DNA from: Candidatus Woesearchaeota archaeon
GTDB lineage: Archaea; Nanobdellota; Nanobdellia; Woesearchaeales; UBA10216
Length of the DNA: 64,000 nt
Assembly (NCBI GenBank): GCA_016192945.1
Contig: JACPTE010000012.1
Coordinates: 9,557-73,556, forward strand
Direction: 5' to 3'
Shown: positions 57,952-64,000 of the stretch, piece by piece
How the letters are laid out: every line of letters begins with the position of its first letter
Position numbering within the stretch: the first letter of the stretch is position 1
Notes under the pieces: model-generated
What the model was told of the DNA's origin: nothing
Database searches by the model: none
The model's input: the letters and a program-made list of their open reading frames with translations, nothing else
Made by a program: the position numbers and the translations under genes

Positions 57952-58108
57952 TTCGTGTACTCCGGGCGGAGGGCAGCTTCAGCTGCCTGAGCCCGAATTT
58001 TCTAGAAGAAAACAACTATTTAGCACTTTTGATTAGCACTTTTGACACTTAACTTGACTTTGCCAGCCAACAATAACTTTTATAAATACTTGTCTTTTTC
58101 CAGACTGC

Positions 58109-58687
58109 ATGAACATGTACCAGTACCTGACCAGGGCATGGAATAATCCTTCTGACAGGCATCAAGAGATTATGCAAAAGAGAATGGTTGAATGGAGGGC
58201 TGAGCCATCTACCTTGAGGATTCCAAAACCCTCTAAGCTGGACCGGGCAAGGAAGCTCGGATACAGGGCAAAGCCAGGCATAATTGTAGTAAGGCAGCGG
58301 CTTGTCAGGGGAGGAAGGCAGAGGCCTGATATAAGGGCTGGAAGGCGAACAAAGCATTCAAGGCAGAGAAAGATTCTTAGTATGAACTACCAGCAGATAG
58401 CTGAACAGAGGGCTGCAAAGAGGTTTCCGAACACAGAGGTCCTCAACTCATATTTTGTTGCCAAGGATGGGACTCACTTCTGGTTTGAGGTCATAATGGT
58501 TGACAAGTCTCACCCGGTGATTGCATCAGACAGGCACCTTTCATGGATGTCTGGCGGCAAGCACAACCGCAGGGTTTTCAGGGGCTTGACATCTGCCGCA
58601 AGGAAGAGCAGGGGCCTGCTGCACAAGGGAAAGGGGGCAGAGAAGCTGAGACCCAGCATGCGCGCCCATGACCGGAAGGCCAAGTAG
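58109..58687 (+). CDS. rpl15e: 50S ribosomal protein L15e
   Basis: 192 aa; MYQYLTRAWNNPSDRH...RLVRGGRQRP pattern of L15e; TTTTATAAATA box about 25 nt upstream. Confidence 0.85.
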   Translation: MNMYQYLTRAWNNPSDRHQEIMQKRMVEWRAEPSTLRIPKPSKLDRARKLGYRAKPGIIVVRQRLVRGGRQRPDIRAGRRTKHSRQRKILSMNYQQIAEQRAAKRFPNTEVLNSYFVAKDGTHFWFEVIMVDKSHPVIASDRHLSWMSGGKHNRRVFRGLTSAARKSRGLLHKGKGAEKLRPSMRAHDRKAK

Positions 58688-58766
58688 GCTTCTTGTAAAA
58701 CGCTTATTGCATAACATTTATATATTTATTTTGACTATTTTTGATGCTATATAACCTGGTGTTACC

Positions 58767-58904
58767 ATGAAGCTTCACTGCTCTGACTGCAATTACCAGT
58801 TCACGCCTAAGACAGGGAAGGTTCCTGAAAGGTGCCCTTACTGCAGCAAGCCTGGAACAATAGAGAAGGTCAAGGAGATGCAGGAGTGGCTGGACGAAGT
58901 ATAG
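58767..58904 (+). CDS. small zinc-ribbon protein (45 aa)
   Basis: MKLHCSDCNYQF...RCPYCSKPG, CxxC-x15-CxxC; missing from the track. Confidence 0.4.
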   Translation: MKLHCSDCNYQFTPKTGKVPERCPYCSKPGTIEKVKEMQEWLDEV

Positions 58905-58919
58905 TTGCCTGAAAATTGG

Positions 58920-59570
58920 CTATTTTTCTGATGAAAACTGCTTTTCTGATTTGTATATCCTGTCAAAAATCTCCTTCCTGATAAGTGTTGTTTTCTTTAG
59001 CTTCTGCAGGTTCTCTTCAAGGTCAATGAGTATCCACCTTGATTTTTTCCTTTTTTTTATAGCCTCATTGACAATGCCGTTCCAGTCAATGTTTTTTTCT
59101 GTCTTTACAATCGTCTCAATGTCTTCATAGTCCTTTTCCCTGTTAGTTGCTGATTTCAACAATATAAGGAGCTCTTTCGGCGCCGTGAAAATTGTCAGCT
59201 CTTTTTTTCCCATGTAATCGTGCCTTTGCACGAATTTATCAAATTCTATCCCAAAGCCGAAGACATCCCCAACGAAAAGGTCAAAGCGTTCCTCGCCTCT
59301 TGAGTATATCAGCGGCTTATTCCTGCTTTTCAGCTTTTTTTCTTCATATAACTGCTTCAATGATTTCTGCGAATAACCCAGCTTTTCTATTGCTGAGGTG
59401 AATATTCTCCTGTCTTTGCTGTTCTTAAGCACAAGGTCTATGTCTTTTGTAGTGGCTTTATACCCGTGGAACATCATTGCAGTGCCGCCTATTGCGACAC
59501 ACTCCATATCTTCGTCCAGGTAATCAGCTATTAGCCTGAATAAATCATCCTGGTCGCCGGTGTTAATCAT
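58920..59570 (-). CDS. nucleotidyltransferase-fold protein, AbiEii-like toxin candidate
   Basis: Minimal NTase motif IGGTAMMFHGYKATTKDIDLVL; start at MINTGDQDD (59570), overlapping the upstream gene stop by 8 nt; the track ORF extends to 59738. Confidence 0.45.
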   Translation of the reverse strand: MINTGDQDDLFRLIADYLDEDMECVAIGGTAMMFHGYKATTKDIDLVLKNSKDRRIFTSAIEKLGYSQKSLKQLYEEKKLKSRNKPLIYSRGEERFDLFVGDVFGFGIEFDKFVQRHDYMGKKELTIFTAPKELLILLKSATNREKDYEDIETIVKTEKNIDWNGIVNEAIKKRKKSRWILIDLEENLQKLKKTTLIRKEIFDRIYKSEKQFSSEK

Positions 59571-60033
59571 GTAAGTACCTTTCAGGCATTTTCCTGCACT
59601 TAATTGACCCCCTGGCTTTCCTGTACAAGGCCATGACCCGGGTTCTGAGTTTGTATTCTTTTGCAAGGTCAAATAGCCTCTTCCAGTCACTAACATGCCT
59701 GAATAAATATGCTGTTGCCTGCAATGTCCTTGAATCACCTATCCTGATTCCATCAACTATGGCGTGCTCTATGGTGTATCTTCCTTTTACATAGTGTTCA
59801 AATCCGGGCTGGAGCTTTTCAGGGCTGTATTTGTTCACCACATCATAAAAGCCGTTTGTTTTTTTTCTCGGTAGTTTGTGTAGCGTATAAATCCTCTTCT
59901 GTTTTCCTCCGCCGCTTACTTCTGCCAATCCCTGCTTTTTGAGCCTGGACAGCGTGTTGATGGCTGATTGCTTGCTTAGCCTGTTCTCGCCTGCAAACCT
60001 TTCCACTGTGTATTTCCCTTCTCTATAGTCCAT
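59563..60033 (-). CDS. winged-HTH protein, AbiEi-like antitoxin/regulator candidate
   Basis: 156 aa; N-terminal wHTH (LSKQSAINTLSRLKKQGLAEV); translationally coupled to the downstream NTase. Confidence 0.4.
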   Translation of the reverse strand: MDYREGKYTVERFAGENRLSKQSAINTLSRLKKQGLAEVSGGGKQKRIYTLHKLPRKKTNGFYDVVNKYSPEKLQPGFEHYVKGRYTIEHAIVDGIRIGDSRTLQATAYLFRHVSDWKRLFDLAKEYKLRTRVMALYRKARGSIKCRKMPERYLHD

Positions 60034-60108
60034 GTTGATTATCCATACGAACTAATATATAAATATTCCTATTTTTTTGTTATCCATGGGAGAATTAGGC
60101 GTGTTTGC

Positions 60109-60975
60109 TTAGAACTGCTCTTTCTCAGCCTCAACCACATCCTTCAATGACTTGATAGCAACCCCTATCTGCCTGTCTGTAGGAGTCTTTGTTGTTATCT
60201 TCTGCAGCATAAGCCCTGGCAGCACAACCAACTTCAGCAGAATGTTGCTCTTATGTTTTGCGCTGAACTTGAGAAGCTCATATGACAGGCCTGCTATCAC
60301 TGGCAGAAGCAGTATCCTTGACAGGAATTTCACAATAAGATTTTCGCTTGTGACAGCAGAGAACACTACAATGCTCAGCAGCAGCACGAACAACAAAAAG
60401 CTTGTTCCGCACCTTGGGTGCATTATCTCAAACCTCCTCACTTCCCTTACCTGAAGTTTTTTCCCTGCCTCATAAGCGTGTATTGCCATATGCTCTGCCC
60501 CATGGTACCTGAACATTGTCCTGACATCAGGAATTAGCGATATTGCAGCTATGTAGATAACGAATATTGAGGCCCTCAGGATTCCGTCTGCAATGTTGAA
60601 CATCAATGAATTATTTTTATACAACAGTGCAGAGAGGAAGAACGGGATTCCTATGAATAGGATTACCGCGAAAATGATGGATACGAATACTGTCAGGGCA
60701 ACTTCCCTTTTCCCAAGCTTCTCATCCTCTCCCGTGCTTTCATTGGCAGAGTGCATGATTGCCTTGAAGCCTATCACGAGGGTTTCGTACAGGGCAACTA
60801 TCCCCCTTATGAAGAAAAGCCTGGCAATCCTGCTTCCTGATGACATTATCCTCTCCCTTTTTACAGAAATCCTGCCATCAGGCCTCCTTACCGCTATTGA
60901 GAAATAGTTCGGGCTCCTTATCAGCACTCCCTCAATAACTGCCTGCCCGCCTATGTTCAGCCTTTTCCTTTCCAT
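60109..60975 (-). CDS. DUF1385 (YqhQ-like) membrane-associated protein
   Basis: 288 aa; IGGQAVIEGVLIRSP N-terminal motif and HGAEH; two TM hairpins. Confidence 0.55.
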   Translation of the reverse strand: MERKRLNIGGQAVIEGVLIRSPNYFSIAVRRPDGRISVKRERIMSSGSRIARLFFIRGIVALYETLVIGFKAIMHSANESTGEDEKLGKREVALTVFVSIIFAVILFIGIPFFLSALLYKNNSLMFNIADGILRASIFVIYIAAISLIPDVRTMFRYHGAEHMAIHAYEAGKKLQVREVRRFEIMHPRCGTSFLLFVLLLSIVVFSAVTSENLIVKFLSRILLLPVIAGLSYELLKFSAKHKSNILLKLVVLPGLMLQKITTKTPTDRQIGVAIKSLKDVVEAEKEQF

Positions 60976-61007
60976 CTGATTTTAGTTTAGCAGGCGCTTT
61001 AAAAAGT

Positions 61008-61766
61008 TTGTTAGAAAGAAATATAAATAAAACAGTGAATCACTGGCTTATGACCGAGCAATTATACCTTAAGGATTGCTATCTGAGGGAGTTTGACGCT
61101 ACCATAATCTCTGCCGATGGAAGGGAAATTGAGCTTGACAGGACTGCCTTCTATGCTGCATCAGGAGGCCAGCCTGATGATACCGGGATTCTGAGCTGCA
61201 ACAATGAGGACTATGTGGTTGGCTCTGTAAGGAAGGACAAGGGCAGGATTATTCACCATGTTGACAGGGATGGGCTTAAGGCTGGCGACAAGGTGCATGG
61301 CCAGGTTGACTGGACAAGAAGGTATATTCACATGAGGTATCATACGGCAAGCCACGTCCTTTCAGGAGTAATATTCAAGGAAACGGGCGCAGAGATTACT
61401 GGCAACCAGATTGCAGCTGACAAGACAAGGATTGATTTTGACCTTGAGAATTTTGACCGTGAGAAGATAAAGGGATATGAGCAGAAGGCAAACCAGATTC
61501 TTGCAGAGAACCATCCGGTTGTAATAAAGTACCTTCCAAGAGAGGAGGCTGTGAAGATTCCCAGCGTTACAAAGCTCGCGAAAGGCCTTCCTGAAATAAT
61601 AAGGGACATAAGGATTGTCTCTGTGGAGGGCTTTGAGCAGGAGGCTTGCGGAGGCACGCACCTGAAAAACACCGGGGAGGCAGACCAGATTGAGATTATC
61701 GGGGCTGAAAACAAGGGGAAGAGCAACAGGAGAATCTACTTCAGGCTAAGGGAACAAGATGATTAA
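61008..61766 (+). CDS. alaX: alanyl-tRNA editing protein AlaX-M (Ser-tRNA(Ala) trans-editing)
   Basis: HTASHVL (HxxxH) and CGGTH zinc motifs; true start may be Met15 (61050). Confidence 0.7.
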   Translation: MLERNINKTVNHWLMTEQLYLKDCYLREFDATIISADGREIELDRTAFYAASGGQPDDTGILSCNNEDYVVGSVRKDKGRIIHHVDRDGLKAGDKVHGQVDWTRRYIHMRYHTASHVLSGVIFKETGAEITGNQIAADKTRIDFDLENFDREKIKGYEQKANQILAENHPVVIKYLPREEAVKIPSVTKLAKGLPEIIRDIRIVSVEGFEQEACGGTHLKNTGEADQIEIIGAENKGKSNRRIYFRLREQDD

Positions 61767-62313
61767 AGAGTTCCTGCTCCCTTTCATTACTGTAGGCTTG
61801 TCTGAGCTGGGCGACAAGACCCAGCTTGCAGTGATATCCCTTTCTTCAAAGTTCAGGAGCAGGCTTGTCCTGTTCATCGCGGTGATGACCGCATTTGTCA
61901 TTATTGACGGGCTTGCTGTCGTGTTCGGCAGTGTTCTGGTGAACATGAAGATAATCCCTTTTGGCATAATCAAGATTATTGCGGCAGTGATATTCGTGGC
62001 TTATGGGATTTACACAATCATACTAAGCAATGATGAGGGCACCGAGCTTAGGGGAAGGTTTGCCTTCTTTTCAGTGGTCGGGCTGCTGATAATGCTGGAA
62101 ATGGGCGACAAGTCCCAGATTGCCACTGTCCTTTTTGCATCGGAGTTTAACCCCCTGCTTGTTTTCCTCGGGGTTGAATCAGCACTCTCAATCCTGACAC
62201 TGGCAGCTATATTTGCAGGCTCCATCATCAATAAGCACGTAAGGAAGGATGTGCTGAAGTATGTTTCAGGATTTCTTTTTGTAGCTGTCGGAGTCATTTC
62301 ATTGCTCTTTTAG
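61759..62313 (+). CDS. UPF0016 (GDT1/TMEM165) family cation transporter
   Basis: Two E-x-G-D-K-[ST] motifs (ELGDKTQ, EMGDKSQ) in a 6-TM protein. Confidence 0.7.
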   Translation: MIKEFLLPFITVGLSELGDKTQLAVISLSSKFRSRLVLFIAVMTAFVIIDGLAVVFGSVLVNMKIIPFGIIKIIAAVIFVAYGIYTIILSNDEGTELRGRFAFFSVVGLLIMLEMGDKSQIATVLFASEFNPLLVFLGVESALSILTLAAIFAGSIINKHVRKDVLKYVSGFLFVAVGVISLLF

Positions 62314-62352
62314 AGCACTGGACACTGGACACGCCCTGCAGAAAACCTTTTT

Positions 62353-63168
62353 ATGTCATACTTCTGGTTTTCCTGCATGATACGCAATTCTTTCATTTTT
62401 CTGGACCGGTTCGGCCCGGTTAGGGAAAGGGGATTGTGGCAGTCAGGTATTTCCGGCTGGCAGCAGTTCCTTGACGCTAAAAAAGTGAGGCTTGTTGGGG
62501 ATGCAAGTAAGCTTTTCTACGACCGCCAGCTGATAAAGGCAAGGCAAAGCCTCCTGCAGGATGATTCAATGTTTTTCTCCCAGCGAATGCCATATTCTGA
62601 GCATTGGAGGCTTTACGACTATTTCCGTGACCAGTCGGTTTTCCTGGATATAGAAACTTCCGGCTTGTCAGATTATGATGACATCACTGTAGTCGGTTTA
62701 TATGATGGGAAGGATGCAAAGACAATGATAAAAGGCATCAACCTAAACTATAAGCATCTGCAGGAAGAGCTTGCAAAATACAAGATGATAATAACATTCA
62801 ACGGCTTGAGCTTTGACATTCCATTCATCAGGAAATTCATCAGTGTTCAAAACATTCCCCATTTTGACCTGAGGTTCGGCTGCCGGAAGCTTGGCTTGAC
62901 AGGCGGGCTTAAATCTATTGAGCGCCAGCTCGGAATCAAACGAAGCAATGAAGTTGTTGCAGGAATGAATGGCGGTGACGCAGCAGAGCTGTGGAGGATG
63001 CATAAAGGCAGCGGCGATGATTACTACCTGAATCTTCTGGTGGAATACAATGAGGAGGACGTCCTGAACTTGAAGCCGCTTGCTGATTATGTTTACAATT
63101 GCTTGGAAAAATCTATTTTTCAGTTAGACAACTCCTATTTGGCTGAAAATCATCCAGAGGAATGCTAA
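62353..63168 (+). CDS. RNase H-like 3'-5' exonuclease domain protein (YprB-like)
   Basis: FLDIETSGLS exo I motif, second acidic motif FNGLSFDIPF; start may be internal (MIRNSF, 62377). Confidence 0.5.
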   Translation: MSYFWFSCMIRNSFIFLDRFGPVRERGLWQSGISGWQQFLDAKKVRLVGDASKLFYDRQLIKARQSLLQDDSMFFSQRMPYSEHWRLYDYFRDQSVFLDIETSGLSDYDDITVVGLYDGKDAKTMIKGINLNYKHLQEELAKYKMIITFNGLSFDIPFIRKFISVQNIPHFDLRFGCRKLGLTGGLKSIERQLGIKRSNEVVAGMNGGDAAELWRMHKGSGDDYYLNLLVEYNEEDVLNLKPLADYVYNCLEKSIFQLDNSYLAENHPEEC

Positions 63169-63578
63169 TATTGAATCTTTTCTTTTAGCTTTGAGCTCTT
63201 GTAAACTTCAGGCTTGAAAGCTCCAATCCTTTTTACTTCAACTTTCAGTCCTTTCTCAAGCAGCTTCTCCTTTATATGGCCTGTGAAGAACGTCTGGTCA
63301 TATCCCAGGCAGATAATGTCTGGTTTCTCGTCAACCACAACTTTGAGTTTGTCTCCTTTGTTTCCAACAACAACCTTGTCAGCAATTCCTGCCTTCCTGA
63401 CCTGCTCTGCCCTTTGCCCTGCGCTGTGCCTCGGGCTCCTGCCCTTAACCTCTGCCACTGTGCTGTCCAGCGCAACAACAACTGTCAAATAGTTGCCATG
63501 CCTCTTTGCTTCGTTAAGGTAGAACTCATGCCCCTTGTGCACCCCATCAAAGGTGCCGAAGCACATTACCTTTTTCAT
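63165..63578 (-). CDS. cytidylyltransferase-fold nucleotidyltransferase (FAD synthase RibL-like)
   Basis: 137 aa; GTFDGVHKGH (HxGH) motif. Confidence 0.5.
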   Translation of the reverse strand: MKKVMCFGTFDGVHKGHEFYLNEAKRHGNYLTVVVALDSTVAEVKGRSPRHSAGQRAEQVRKAGIADKVVVGNKGDKLKVVVDEKPDIICLGYDQTFFTGHIKEKLLEKGLKVEVKRIGAFKPEVYKSSKLKEKIQY

Positions 63579-63628
63579 ATGCTGCCGTATCAGTAACCTT
63601 TTTAAATACTTTATTATTCCATGTTTTC

Positions 63629-64000
63629 ATGGCAAAGCTCAGGAAGGGTGTCAGCTACAGGAAAATTGAGAGGCCTTACACCAGGATTTCCAAGTTCAAG
63701 GCAAAGTCATTCATCAGGATGACCCCTCATATCAAGATTATACGCTTTGACATGGGAGAGCCTGACAAAGATTACCAATACACGCTCTGCCTTGTTCCAA
63801 AGGCCAGCATCCAGATAAGGCAGGAATCCCTTGAGTCTGCAAGGATGACCTGCTTAAGGCATATTGAGCTTAACCTTGGCAAGACTGGATATCACTTCAA
63901 GATTAAGACCTTCCCATACCACATTCTCAGGGAGAACCCGCTGGCTTCAGGCGCTGGAGCTGACAGGATGAGCACCGGAATGCAGAAGTCATACGGCAAG
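63629..64000 (+). CDS. rpl10e: 50S ribosomal protein L10e (uL16), 5' partial in window
   Basis: MAKLRKGVSYRKIERPYTRISKFKAKSFIRMTPHIKIIRFDMGEP...; TTTAAATA box about 25 nt upstream; runs off the window end. Confidence 0.75.
   Translation, partial: MAKLRKGVSYRKIERPYTRISKFKAKSFIRMTPHIKIIRFDMGEPDKDYQYTLCLVPKASIQIRQESLESARMTCLRHIELNLGKTGYHFKIKTFPYHILRENPLASGAGADRMSTGMQKSYGK

Larger units (their letters stand above)
57127..58064. mobile_element. IS6-family insertion sequence (~0.93 kb) with imperfect terminal inverted repeats and flanking direct repeats
   Basis: IRs AAGTCAAGTTAGGTGTC (57131-57147) and GACACTTAACTTGACTT (58044-58060), 16/17 match; flanking direct repeat TGCCA(A)GCCAACAA at 57113-57126 and 58061-58073. 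Confidence 0.55.

Noticed and set aside
1-64000. CRISPR arrays
   Set aside because: No regularly spaced direct repeats were seen anywhere in the window. The only tandem repeats are the 26-bp and 13-bp duplications at the IS6 ends.

Overview
This 64 kb window is an archaeal chromosomal segment. The organism is probably an uncultivated DPANN- or Euryarchaeota-like lineage, judging from split rpoB (B'/B''), split rpoA (A'/A''), Shine-Dalgarno-led genes, bacterial-type metK/glpX and multi-intron tRNAs. The core content is a large information-processing block. It holds the rpoH-rpoB''-rpoB'-rpoA'-rpoA''-rpl30e-nusA-rps12 operon, aRF1, aIF5A, L40e, L37ae, RpoP, L15e, L10e, both prefoldin subunits, FtsY, PRPP synthetase, a family B DNA polymerase, NucS, an EndoQ-like PHP protein, Rad50, a DEAD-box helicase, tRNA methyltransferase Trm11, PIMT and AlaX. 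Six tRNA genes were found by eye. Four of them carry introns, including non-canonical D-loop/D-arm and T-loop introns. Notable extras are listed here. (1) A ~505-aa intein with a LAGLIDADG homing endonuclease and an XRE-type HTH, inserted exactly at the catalytic GGQ motif of aRF1. (2) An accessory island directly after rps12, where rps7/fusA would be expected. It carries an intact Fic gene, a degraded tandem Fic copy with a Bro-N-like ORF, and several unknowns. (3) A Ni-superoxide dismutase with its SodX maturation peptidase. (4) A second accessory zone with an IS6-family element flanked by direct repeats, a truncated reverse-transcriptase fragment, an AbiEi/AbiEii-like toxin-antitoxin pair and a duplicated gene fragment. 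(5) Toxin-antitoxin remnants and a truncated Hel308 helicase next to a GC-rich orphan ORF. (6) A two-hairpin inverted-repeat element downstream of polB, with a deletion-derivative copy upstream of prs. All calls rest on motif-level reading of the ORF translations and manual folding of RNA candidates; no database searches were possible.
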